Assembly (NCBI GenBank): GCA_963662545.2
Contig: CAXXLL010000003.1
Span: 512,001 to 576,000, forward strand
DNA: 64,000 nt
Source: Gammaproteobacteria bacterium
GTDB lineage: Bacteria; Pseudomonadota; Gammaproteobacteria; Ga0077536
Direction: 5' to 3'
How positions within the stretch are numbered: position 1 is the stretch's first letter; each line of letters begins with the position of its first letter. The position numbers and the translations under genes are program-made. Positions 10,094 through 19,333 of the stretch are shown one piece after another. The notes below the pieces were generated by a model that saw only the letters and a program-made list of their open reading frames with translations, was not told the DNA's origin and did no database searches.

Positions 10094-10507
10094 ATGACCC
10101 AATCGATAGATATTCCGGAACTAAACGCCAAAGGTCTCAGGCAGTTTGCGTTTACCATGGGTGTGATCATCGCGGCCCTGTTCGGAGTGCTGCTGCCGTG
10201 GCTGTGGAATGCTTCCTTCCCCGTGTGGCCCTGGGTCTTCGCATGCCTGTTCGCCACCTGGGGCGCCGCGGCGCCGACGAGCCTGCGGCCGGTTTACCGC
10301 GCATGGATGCGCTTCGGATTATTGCTGAACCGCATCATGACGCCTGTGATACTCGGCATCGTGTTCTATCTAGTGATCACGCCAATGGCCGTTCTCATGC
10401 GCATTCGAGGACGCGATACGATGGCGCGATCGTTTGACACCAAAGCCAAGAGCTATCGACTCGAGAGCACGCGCTCGCCAGTCGAAAAGATGGAGAAACC
10501 TTACTAA
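10094..10507 (+). CDS. SxtJ-family membrane protein
   Basis: Follows the carbamoyltransferase; TM pattern LRQF..WPW..P..LRPVYRAWM..G..N..ILGIVFYLVITP..RD, ending MEKPY. Confidence 0.82.
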   Translation: MTQSIDIPELNAKGLRQFAFTMGVIIAALFGVLLPWLWNASFPVWPWVFACLFATWGAAAPTSLRPVYRAWMRFGLLLNRIMTPVILGIVFYLVITPMAVLMRIRGRDTMARSFDTKAKSYRLESTRSPVEKMEKPY

Positions 10508-10523
10508 TGGAGAAGCCTGACTA
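10490..10523 (+). repeat. Imperfect 17-bp tandem duplication at the sxtJ/sxtK junction
   Basis: ATGGAGAAACCTTACTA followed by ATGGAGAAGCCTGACTA (15/17). Confidence 0.8.
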
Positions 10524-10676
10524 GTGTTAGACCTCTTGAAAGACCTCTGGGGTTATATGCGCGAGAACAAGAAATACTGGCTCGCCCCGATCATCATCAT
10601 TATGGTTTTGCTGGGCGGACTGATCGTGTTCGCGCAAGGGTCCGCCGTGGCCCCGTTCATCTATACCTTGTTCTGA
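10524..10676 (+). CDS. SxtK/DUF5989-like 50-aa membrane protein
   Basis: Below the ORF-track cutoff. Manual translation from GTG: MLDLLKDLWGYMRENKKYWLAPIIIIMVLLGGLIVFAQGSAVAPFIYTLF, with the characteristic KKYWL.P...APFIYTLF ending. Confidence 0.88.
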   Translation: MLDLLKDLWGYMRENKKYWLAPIIIIMVLLGGLIVFAQGSAVAPFIYTLF

Positions 10677-10682
10677 ACGCCT

Positions 10683-12644
10683 TCAGGTCCAGTGTGAGGC
10701 GCTGCGCCGCTGCATAGATGTCCTGAAATCGCGCGTCGAATTGGGCAGGAGCTCACCCGTGCCCCAGTTGCAGATCACGCCGTAACGCCGGATGACGTCA
10801 TATAGATCGATTTCACCGTCGCGGAAACGCTGTGCCACGGATTCGGGCTCTTCTTGCAGCCATCCACGGCGCTTGGCGGCGATCGTCTCGCGCGCCTCGA
10901 GCGTCGCTTCTTCATCGACCTCATATTCCGCGAGGTCTTCGTCGATGACCTTGATGACGACGCCGTAATCCATCTCGGCGCGCGCGACGGACACATAATC
11001 GTCTTCGACGTCCGCCTTAACCTTCTCGGGATCGCGCTTCAGGGGATCACCGTAGCCGCCGCCGCCGGCCGTTCCACGCCAGAAGCGTGTCCCCCTTTTG
11101 ACCGGCACGTCGGAAAAAACGGCGCCGAGAAATTCCTTTTTACCGCCGTATTCCATCCACAGCCCGTGCGGCCGCGACGGCAGACCGCCCTCGATACCCC
11201 ACACTACGGAACGTTCGCGATCACAGAAATAGGAGAACACACAGTCCTCGGCATCGAGAATCGTGCCTTCTTTGTCGAGGCCCACGCCGCCCCTGAATTC
11301 ACCCGGGCCGGCACTGTCGGTGACGATTTCGAAGCGATCGGTGCGTACCGGACACAGGCGTTCCTGGCCCTCCACGGGCTGGATCATGAGACCCACGCCG
11401 AAGCATGAGGAGGTAGCGCCGAGCCCGTCCTTGCCATTGCGTCCACCCCAGCCACCGGACAGCCAATCATAGAGCATGAAATAAGGCCGGTTCGGATATC
11501 GCGCATCGTAGCCACCGGTTTGCAGATATTCGATGTTGAAAGCGCAGGCCATAGCACGTTCGGGCATGAGCTTTGACCACAGCTCGAAGATCGAATTCAT
11601 GATCTTCTCGAACGGCATGACGAAACCACTGACGGCAACCGGCCAGCGGGCGCTGACGATGGTGTCGTCCGGAACCGTTACGGTAATCGTACGGTAAAGT
11701 CCCGAGTTCAGCGGAATATCGGGAAAGAATGTCTTCATACCGGCGACGATGCCCGCGAACGTACCGCCAAAAGCACAGTTGTACATGGATCCAATCGTGG
11801 GATGTGATCCAGTGAGGTCGAATTCGACCTCATCGCCGCGAATGATCATTTTCACGTGGATGGGGATCATGCCTTCCTCGCCGCTTGGATCCTGATCGAC
11901 GTAATCGACCGTCTCCCATTCGCCGTCGGGCAGTTCGGCCAGGCGCTGCCGAACGGCACGTTCGACGTAGTCTTGTACCTCGGCAAACGCGGTCTTGATG
12001 GTCTCGACGCCATACTTGTCGGCCAGGCGCAGGATTTCGCGCTCGGCAAGCTTACAGGCCTGGGTCTGGGCAACCATGTCGCCGATGATGGCGGACGGAT
12101 CGCGAGTATTCTTGGCGACGAGATTGGCCACATCGGCGCAGTACTCGCCGCGACGCCAGATCTTGACCGGCGGCACGCGAATGCCTTCCTTGAACATCTC
12201 GGTCGCGGTCACATCGAAGGAGCCCGGTACGCTGCCACCCATGTCCGCCCAATGGCCGTTGGCCTGGCTCCATGCGATCAATTCGCTGCCGCAGAAGATC
12301 GGCACGAGCACACGTGTGTCGCTGAAATGCGTGCCGCCGATATAGGGATCGTTGACCAGGAACACGTCGCCCGGATGAATATCTCCGTCGAAATCCTCGA
12401 TGACTGCTTTGCAGGTGTAATGCAGGGTGCCGACGTGTGCCGCCAGGTCCTGATTGCCCTGCGCCACCGTATCGCCGCGGGCGTTACACAGACCGTTCGA
12501 GAAATCACGGTTGTACACCACGAAGGAGTAGCAGGTTCGCCGCACCTGTTCGGCCATCTGATCGACGATCGTGATGAAGGCATTACGCAGAACCTCGAAG
12601 GTGACCGGGTCCAGGCTTGTGATCTTTTTTACGCGCTCGTCCAT
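10683..12644 (-). CDS. Hydantoinase B/oxoprolinase-family subunit
   Basis: LDPVTFEV, RDFS, NDPYIGGTH, HWADMGG.VPGS, GPGEFRGG, GGGGYGDP. Confidence 0.92.
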   Translation of the reverse strand: MDERVKKITSLDPVTFEVLRNAFITIVDQMAEQVRRTCYSFVVYNRDFSNGLCNARGDTVAQGNQDLAAHVGTLHYTCKAVIEDFDGDIHPGDVFLVNDPYIGGTHFSDTRVLVPIFCGSELIAWSQANGHWADMGGSVPGSFDVTATEMFKEGIRVPPVKIWRRGEYCADVANLVAKNTRDPSAIIGDMVAQTQACKLAEREILRLADKYGVETIKTAFAEVQDYVERAVRQRLAELPDGEWETVDYVDQDPSGEEGMIPIHVKMIIRGDEVEFDLTGSHPTIGSMYNCAFGGTFAGIVAGMKTFFPDIPLNSGLYRTITVTVPDDTIVSARWPVAVSGFVMPFEKIMNSIFELWSKLMPERAMACAFNIEYLQTGGYDARYPNRPYFMLYDWLSGGWGGRNGKDGLGATSSCFGVGLMIQPVEGQERLCPVRTDRFEIVTDSAGPGEFRGGVGLDKEGTILDAEDCVFSYFCDRERSVVWGIEGGLPSRPHGLWMEYGGKKEFLGAVFSDVPVKRGTRFWRGTAGGGGYGDPLKRDPEKVKADVEDDYVSVARAEMDYGVVIKVIDEDLAEYEVDEEATLEARETIAAKRRGWLQEEPESVAQRFRDGEIDLYDVIRRYGVICNWGTGELLPNSTRDFRTSMQRRSASHWT

Positions 12645-12662
12645 TGGTGTTCTCCTAGGACC

Positions 12663-14687
12663 TTACACGGTGATCCGCAGGTTCAACCATTCATCAACGT
12701 TCACCGTCGCGTCCGACGGTACCAGTGTGGTTGAATCGAGTTGTTCGACGATACAGGGTCCCTCGATCTCCATTCCAGCCATGAGATCGTCCCGCAGGTA
12801 AACCGGTGTCTCGAGGGTCTCGTTGGCGTTATCGAAAACGACCGGACGTTCGGCGTGCGGAGAGCTGGTTCTGCCGCTCGGTTCATAGCGTTTGAGCTCG
12901 GCTTTCGGGGTCAGGCCAATCGCCGTGAGGTTGAGTCGGAATATCTCGAGCGCGACCCCGTCGCGCTTGTATTTGTATTCCCGCAGGTGCGCTTCCTCAA
13001 ACGCGCGCACCACTTCATCGATGGAGACAAAGGGCGCGGGAACCGGCACCGCGATCGAACGCCATTGACCCGCATAACGCATGTCAATTGAGCGCTGCAG
13101 CACCCGCTGTGCAGGCTCGACGCCTTCGCTCTCGAGCCGCTCGTACGCCTCAGTTTCGAGTGCTCCGAATGCCTCTTCGACAGCGGCCGGATTGGCGCAA
13201 GTCGTCTCCTCCAGGTACACCAGGGTGATGTCGTGTTGAATATCGACCAGCAGGCAACCGAGCGCCGAGGTGACGCCGGGGTTGGGCGGAATGATCACGG
13301 TCGGGATCGACAGGTCGCGGGCGAGCGCAGCACCGTGCAGAGCGCCTGCGCCGCCGAACGCAATCAGGGCGAAATCGCGCGGGTCGTATCCGCGCATGAT
13401 GGAAACGAGCCGGATAGCGTCCGCCATGTTGGCGTTGGCCACGTCGATGACGGCTTTCGCGGCCTCGGTTACGCCTACTCCCATAGCTGATGCGACGTGA
13501 CGGGTGAGCGCCGCCCGGGCGAGCGCCGGATCCAGACGCAGGTCACCGCCCGCGAGTCCGCTGCCGAGCCGGCCCAGCACTAGATCAGCATCGGTATTCG
13601 TGGGTTGTTCACCGCCCTGGCCGTAGCATGCGGGTCCGGGGCGCGCACCGGCTGATTGCGGCCCGTTGCGCAGTGAACCCGCGTCGTCGATCCAGGCAAT
13701 GGAACCCCCGCCCGCGCCTATCGTCTTGATATCGATGCTGGGGAAACAGATCGGATGACCGTATTCGATATACCACTCTCGCGTGACGGTCGAATCGCCG
13801 CCGAAGACCAACGAGACGTCGGTACTCGTTCCACCCATGTCGAAACCGATGGAATTTTCGAATCCGCAAAGCGTAGCAATGTACTTGCTCGCCACCGCAC
13901 CGGCGGCGATGCCCGACCCGGCCAGGCGCGCGGCCTGGCGGTCGAGGGTATTAGGCGTCATGACGCCACCGCCACTGTGCAACAACAAAAGGTCGCTGCG
14001 GTAGCCGCCGTCGCGCAGCCTTTGCTGCAGGCGCAGGGCGTAGGCGCCGATAACCGGGTGTACGACGGCATTCACGACCGCCGTCGAAAATCGATCGTGC
14101 TCGAAAATCTCGCACAATACGTCGGCAGAGTTCGACACTGCAACGCCCGGGAGCTCTTCGGCCAGTATCCGTTTCATTTCACGCTCATTGGCGGGGTTCG
14201 CAAACGAGTTCATGAAGCAAATGGTGACGGCCTCGTAAGACCGCCGTCTCAGTTTTCCAGCGAGTTCTCGCGCGGCCGCTTCATCGACCGGCATTTCGAC
14301 CTCGCCAAGCGCCGTGGTGCGCTCGGTAAACGGCAGGCGATCGCGCCGCCTTATATAAGGTGGCGGATTATCCTTGTAGGCGTCCCACAGGTCCTGTTTC
14401 GTCGATCGCCCGATCTCGATGACGTCGCGAAAGCCTTCGGTCACGACCATTGCGGTCGACGGCAGCTGGCGGGTGATGAGTGCATTCGTCGCCACGGTCG
14501 TGCCGTGGGCGAAGAGCGTGACATCTTCGAGATCGATCCCTAGCTTGTCCATGCCGCTCAGCGCGGCGTCGATCGGATCCTCCGACGAAGCCACTTTGGC
14601 GATTTCGAGCGTACCCGTATTTTCGTCGAGCACGCAGATATCGGTAAATGTCCCACCGATGTCGACGGCGACGCGCAGCTTGGGCAT
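12663..14687 (-). CDS. Hydantoinase A/oxoprolinase-family ATP-binding subunit
   Basis: VDIGGTFTD, HGTTVATNA, DMGGTSTD, IGAGGGSI, GPQSAGA.PGPACY, FGGAG.LH; GAGGA upstream of ATG 14687. Confidence 0.92.
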   Translation of the reverse strand: MPKLRVAVDIGGTFTDICVLDENTGTLEIAKVASSEDPIDAALSGMDKLGIDLEDVTLFAHGTTVATNALITRQLPSTAMVVTEGFRDVIEIGRSTKQDLWDAYKDNPPPYIRRRDRLPFTERTTALGEVEMPVDEAAARELAGKLRRRSYEAVTICFMNSFANPANEREMKRILAEELPGVAVSNSADVLCEIFEHDRFSTAVVNAVVHPVIGAYALRLQQRLRDGGYRSDLLLLHSGGGVMTPNTLDRQAARLAGSGIAAGAVASKYIATLCGFENSIGFDMGGTSTDVSLVFGGDSTVTREWYIEYGHPICFPSIDIKTIGAGGGSIAWIDDAGSLRNGPQSAGARPGPACYGQGGEQPTNTDADLVLGRLGSGLAGGDLRLDPALARAALTRHVASAMGVGVTEAAKAVIDVANANMADAIRLVSIMRGYDPRDFALIAFGGAGALHGAALARDLSIPTVIIPPNPGVTSALGCLLVDIQHDITLVYLEETTCANPAAVEEAFGALETEAYERLESEGVEPAQRVLQRSIDMRYAGQWRSIAVPVPAPFVSIDEVVRAFEEAHLREYKYKRDGVALEIFRLNLTAIGLTPKAELKRYEPSGRTSSPHAERPVVFDNANETLETPVYLRDDLMAGMEIEGPCIVEQLDSTTLVPSDATVNVDEWLNLRITV

Positions 14688-14738
14688 GAACACTTCCTCT
14701 TTCTTATCGCGGAGACGGTAAGCCGGTTACCGCAGGAT

Positions 14739-16046
14739 TCAGGCAGCCGATTGTTCGCGCGCCTCACCGAATGTGGCGAAGGGCTCACCCGGCGCCGGGC
14801 GTCGATGGAATCGCCCATCCTTCATCACCGCGGTAATACGGGTGATGTCCTGCAGGATCGATAAGTCGGCGAGTGGATCACCATCGACGATGATCAAATC
14901 GGCCAGGTAAGCCGCCTTGACGCGGCCTAACAGCTCACCGCCGGCACCGGCCCAGGCTTCACCGCCATAGGCTGTCGCGGCACGCAATGCCTCGAAAGGC
15001 TGCATGCCGAAGAGGTTCACCATGTGCTCGATATCGCGCGCATCAGTGCCGATCGGCAGCCAGGCAAATCCGTAATCACCGAAGGGCAGCACCTTGATGC
15101 CGGCCTTGTGCATCTTCTGCATATTCTCGCAGCCTGCCTCGAGTTCGCGCTTATTGCCCATCGCTTCGGCGATTTCGGTCGTGATGCCCCAGTCGCCCGC
15201 TTCATAAGTCGTGTTGTAACGGGCGGCGATGGCGGGCGTCACCCAGTGCTTGTCGGCGTGTTTGGCCAGTTCCTCAATCGTTGCGTCCGTCGCAAAAGTT
15301 GCATGATTGATGAACTCGACGCCATAGCGGATGCACTGCAGAACGCCGCTGTCGGTATGGGCGTGGGCGGCAACGCGTTTACCCAGATTCAAGGACGTCT
15401 CGCAAATGGCCTTGACCTCATCCTCAGTCATCGGGTTGACGTATCCGGGAACACTGCCGAAGGTGAAGCTGTCGCCGGAGTTATTGAACTTGACGAGATC
15501 GACGCCTTCCCGAATCAATTGCCGGATCGATTTGCGGAATTCTTCAGCACCGTTGCACACCAGCCCGATCGAAGGTATGTAACGATCAAGCCTCGAATCA
15601 TCGCCGAGACCGCCGCTGACCGTGTACTCCGGCGTGCACGCACGTATGCGCGGCCCCGGAAATTCGCCTTTGTCGATCGCGTTGCGAGCTGCAATTTCGA
15701 GCCGCGGTTTTGCCGAAGCCATGCCGATCGCAGCCGTGAATCCGTAATCGAGATAGGTTTTCGCGTTACGCATCGTGACCAACATGTGCTCCTCGACCGG
15801 CAGTGAATTGGTATCCGCCAGACTCGTAGCGTCACAGTAGGTGAAATGGCAGTGCGGATTGATCATGCCGGGCATCAGACAGGCGCCGCCGCCGTCGATG
15901 ACTTCGGACACGCCGTCGCGGGTAATGGTCTCGCCTTCGAGCGCGACCGTCTTGATTCGATTGCCCTCGACCAGGACTTCGCCCGGCACCAGCGCGGACG
16001 ACTCACCCTCCAATATATTCACTTTAGTGAACAGAATTGTGCTCAT
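14739..16046 (-). CDS. Metal-dependent amidohydrolase (Xaa-Pro dipeptidase-like subgroup)
   Basis: LMPGMINPHCH, VAAHAH, INHAT, ADLIIVDGDPL; AGGAGG RBS before MSTILF. Confidence 0.88.
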   Translation of the reverse strand: MSTILFTKVNILEGESSALVPGEVLVEGNRIKTVALEGETITRDGVSEVIDGGGACLMPGMINPHCHFTYCDATSLADTNSLPVEEHMLVTMRNAKTYLDYGFTAAIGMASAKPRLEIAARNAIDKGEFPGPRIRACTPEYTVSGGLGDDSRLDRYIPSIGLVCNGAEEFRKSIRQLIREGVDLVKFNNSGDSFTFGSVPGYVNPMTEDEVKAICETSLNLGKRVAAHAHTDSGVLQCIRYGVEFINHATFATDATIEELAKHADKHWVTPAIAARYNTTYEAGDWGITTEIAEAMGNKRELEAGCENMQKMHKAGIKVLPFGDYGFAWLPIGTDARDIEHMVNLFGMQPFEALRAATAYGGEAWAGAGGELLGRVKAAYLADLIIVDGDPLADLSILQDITRITAVMKDGRFHRRPAPGEPFATFGEAREQSAA

Positions 16047-16374
16047 GCTCTCCTCCTGACGGCGGTTTTTTTGCCGCATGTGGTTGCAGGTCGGCGGCGT
16101 GACTATCGTAAGCTTGTGTAACAACGGTTCGGAAATCGAGTTTCCTGCCGGCTCGCAGGTTTCGACCGACCAATACCAAACGCCAAAGTCGATCAAATCA
16201 GGTATGTCGGTGGTAATCAATCGGTCTCGCGTTCACCCGAGCAGGCGCTGCGCCAAACCCTCGCTTTCATTAGCCAGCGCTTAGGGGCTCCCCGCCTGGG
16301 TCACGAAGCCCTGGTTGGTGCACAGGGCCGCGCTGACGGCCTTGAGTATCGCCCGGCCGGTGTCGTCGAATAAA

Positions 16375-17520
16375 ATGTTCAATATGCTGCGTTTCCTCTA
16401 TACATCGGCGGTACTGCTCGGCTTTGCCCTAATCGTCGGTGCGGCGGCAGCCTGGTTCGCATTTGGCGGCGGGCGGCATTACCCCGACCTCACCACCGCG
16501 CCGACGCTGGGCCGCGATGCGCTCGAGGCAGCGGTCGTCTTCGAACGTCCTATCGGAAATGCAGCGGTGGCGGCTGACGGGCGGATTTTCTTTACCGTGC
16601 ACCCCGAATCACACCCCGAAAATCCCAAACTCTACGTATGGAACGATGATGAGGCCCGGCCATTTCCTGACGCCGCGCGCCAGTCCGAACTCTTTCAAAG
16701 CCCGCTCGGTGTCGTCATCGATCGACGCGAGCGCCTGTGGATCATCGATCCCGGCCATCACGGCCTGGGCGACCCGAGCTTGACCGCCATCGACCTCGCG
16801 AGCGGGGAGGTCGTTCACCGCCATCACTTCAACAACACGATCGCACCGCCAGGCTCGTTCCTGCAGGATCTACAGATCGATTCGAACGGACGTTATGTCT
16901 ACATCGCCGACGTTGGTTTCTGGGTCAAACGGCCGGCCCTCATCGTCTATGACGTAGAAGCGGAGCAGGCACGACGCCTGTTGAATCGGCACGAAAGCGT
17001 TTATCCGCAGAACTACCTCATCAGAACCCCTCTTCGCGACATGAGTTATTTCGGCGGCTTAGTTGCAATGAAAACGGGGATCGACGGGATTGCGATCAGC
17101 CGCGACGACGCTTGGCTCTATTTCGCCGCGATGAATCACTCCACCATGTATCGCGTGCCTACACGGCTGCTCAATGATTTCACTGCAGACGAGCAGACGA
17201 TTGAAGCGGCGCTCGAAGCCGTCGGGACGAAGCCGCTGAACGACGGTCTGTCCACGGACGATGAAGGCAACGTGTTCATCACCGACGTGGAACATCAGGC
17301 GGTCGTAAAACTGTCGCCGGACGGCAGCCTCGAAACGCTGATCAAGGACCAGCGCATCCGATGGGCCGACGGCCTTTCCTTTGGCCCGGACGGCTGGCTG
17401 TACCTGGCGGACAGCGCCATTCCGCACCTGGTGTTGCAGAGTCCATCACATATCGCCGGCCAGAGCCCCTTTTATATCTGGCGATTCAAGCCCGGATCGA
17501 AGGCCGCTGCAGGCCAGTAA
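16375..17520 (+). CDS. Major royal jelly/Yellow-family (dopachrome tautomerase-related) beta-propeller protein, N-terminally anchored
   Basis: N-terminal TM; LWIIDPG, LTAIDL, SFLQDLQID, YVYIAD, GIDGIAIS, DGLSTD, IRWADGLS. Start approximate. Confidence 0.75.
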   Translation: MFNMLRFLYTSAVLLGFALIVGAAAAWFAFGGGRHYPDLTTAPTLGRDALEAAVVFERPIGNAAVAADGRIFFTVHPESHPENPKLYVWNDDEARPFPDAARQSELFQSPLGVVIDRRERLWIIDPGHHGLGDPSLTAIDLASGEVVHRHHFNNTIAPPGSFLQDLQIDSNGRYVYIADVGFWVKRPALIVYDVEAEQARRLLNRHESVYPQNYLIRTPLRDMSYFGGLVAMKTGIDGIAISRDDAWLYFAAMNHSTMYRVPTRLLNDFTADEQTIEAALEAVGTKPLNDGLSTDDEGNVFITDVEHQAVVKLSPDGSLETLIKDQRIRWADGLSFGPDGWLYLADSAIPHLVLQSPSHIAGQSPFYIWRFKPGSKAAAGQ

Positions 17521-17631
17521 GTAGGCCAGGCGGACATCTCGAGCCGGGTGGTGGGCAGGGTTTGCCCCGGTCATCGACCACCTCGTGCGGTGCGCTACGC
17601 AAATTGCGGATTCCGAATAGACTCTTAGCTA

Positions 17632-19328
17632 GTGTGCATCCCTAAACGCGATGCGGTTGAAATAAAAAGGAAAATTTGTCGCTTAAGGGATCGAAACCTC
17701 CGGTAGGTCGTGATCTAATGGAACTTCAAACCTCTGATTTTCCACACAATCATCGACACCACAGGAGGGGGAATGCGTCAGAAACGCACGGCCCAAGCGA
17801 GTATATACGAGCTGTTTGCTGACCATGACCTGGGGCGAGAGCTGCAGGGCATGTCCGAGTGGCTCGATGCTCACCCCAAGGTCCTCACGCCGGTCATGAA
17901 CGATCTGTGTCGGCGGGGTTTGAAGCCCACCGGTCGACGCGGACTGTCGGCGGAGTCGGTGCTGCGCTGCGCGGTGCTCAAGCAGCACCGGCAATTGAGT
18001 TACGAGGAGCTGGCCTTTCACCTGCAGGACTCGGCGAGCTTTCAGGCCTTCGCCCGGTTGCCGGGTAATGAACGTCCGAAGAAGTCTGCCTTACAGCGGG
18101 TGGTCTCGGCGATCCAGGTATCGACGTGGGAGTCTATTCATCGCGCCCTGCTGGCGACGGCGAAAGAGACGCGCATTGAGCCGGCACAGCGTGTACGGAT
18201 TGATAGCACGGTAACGGACAGTGCCATCCACGCGCCGAGCGACAGTCATCTGCTGTGGGATGGCGTGCGTGTTGTGGTTCGTCTGCTCGCACAGGCGCGC
18301 GAGTTGCCTGGCGCGCCGGAGTTGTGCTTCGTGAACCACACTCGATTGGCGAAGAAGCGTGCGCGGGCGCTGTGGTATGCGCGTGGTGCGAAGCAACGCC
18401 AACGTCTGTATCGCGATTTGATTGGGGCGACGCGTTCAACCTTGGAAGCGGTAGCGAGGGTACGTGAGCAGCTGCTGAGCCCGGGCGTCACCGGCGTTGA
18501 ACTGCCGGACTGGCTAGCGCAGGTAGCGCACTACGAAACACTTGTTCTGCAGGTGATTTCGCAAACTGAGCGGCGGGTGTTCGGCGGTGAGAAGGTCCCC
18601 GCGAGCGAGAAGTGCGTGAGCTTGTTCGAGCCGCATACCGACATCATCATAAAGGGTGCGCGCGACGTTCAGTACGGACACAAAATCAATCTGGCTTCGG
18701 GGCGCAGTGGCCTCATCCTCGACGTGGTCATCGAGCGAGGCAATCCGGTCGATAGTCAGCGCTTCATGCCGATGCTCGAACGGCATCGAACACACTACGG
18801 GACGATGCCACGACAGGTCGCCGCCGATGGCGGCTATGCGAGCCTCGACAATCTCCGGGCGGCGAAAGCAGAAGGCATCGAAGACGTTGCCTTCCACAAG
18901 AAGCGCGGGCTCGCGATCGCCGACATGGTCAAGAGTCAGTGGGTCTATCGACGCTTGCGCAACTTCCGCGCCGGCATCGAGGCCGGTATCTCCTGCCTGA
19001 AGCGTGCATACGGATTGGCACGTTGCACCTGGAAGAGCCTGCCGCACTTCGAAGCCTACGTGTGGTCTTCTGTGGTCGCCTACAACCTCAGCCTGCTCGC
19101 GCGCTATCAACTCGAATAGCGACGTTCACTCGCACTAACTGACCTCCTCGATATCGTCGAACGGGCGACTTTGGGTTGCAGCGCTCTGCGGCCGGCGAAC
19201 GTACTCACAATTACGCTCGAAGAGCCCTTCGACCCCCACCGAACCGCCGCTACCGCTCCAACAACCTACTTTCAACACCTCGATTTCTCCGTGCCCATCG
19301 AAGAAAATGCCTGTTTATGGACGGACAC
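17632..19328 (+). mobile_element. Complete insertion sequence, 1697 bp (IS5-like/ISNCY DDE type)
   Basis: 16-bp terminal IRs GTGTGCATCCCTAAAC and GTGTCCGTCCATAAAC (rc), 13/16; 6-bp direct repeat TAGCTA at 17626-17631 and 19329-19334. Confidence 0.88.
17773..19119 (+). CDS. DDE transposase
   Basis: RIDSTV, SLFEPHTDII.KG...VQYGHK, ADGGY, RAGIEAGISCLKR; AGGAGG RBS. Confidence 0.93.
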   Translation: MRQKRTAQASIYELFADHDLGRELQGMSEWLDAHPKVLTPVMNDLCRRGLKPTGRRGLSAESVLRCAVLKQHRQLSYEELAFHLQDSASFQAFARLPGNERPKKSALQRVVSAIQVSTWESIHRALLATAKETRIEPAQRVRIDSTVTDSAIHAPSDSHLLWDGVRVVVRLLAQARELPGAPELCFVNHTRLAKKRARALWYARGAKQRQRLYRDLIGATRSTLEAVARVREQLLSPGVTGVELPDWLAQVAHYETLVLQVISQTERRVFGGEKVPASEKCVSLFEPHTDIIIKGARDVQYGHKINLASGRSGLILDVVIERGNPVDSQRFMPMLERHRTHYGTMPRQVAADGGYASLDNLRAAKAEGIEDVAFHKKRGLAIADMVKSQWVYRRLRNFRAGIEAGISCLKRAYGLARCTWKSLPHFEAYVWSSVVAYNLSLLARYQLE

Positions 19329-19333
19329 TAGCT

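Noticed and set aside
8253-10676. Saxitoxin biosynthesis
   Set aside because: Only I/J/K-like genes are present; no sxtA, sxtG or other core genes occur in the window.
17632-19328. The IS transposase as mobiliser of the local MITEs
   Set aside because: Its terminal repeats (GTGT.C.TCC.TAAAC) match none of the four MITE TIR families.
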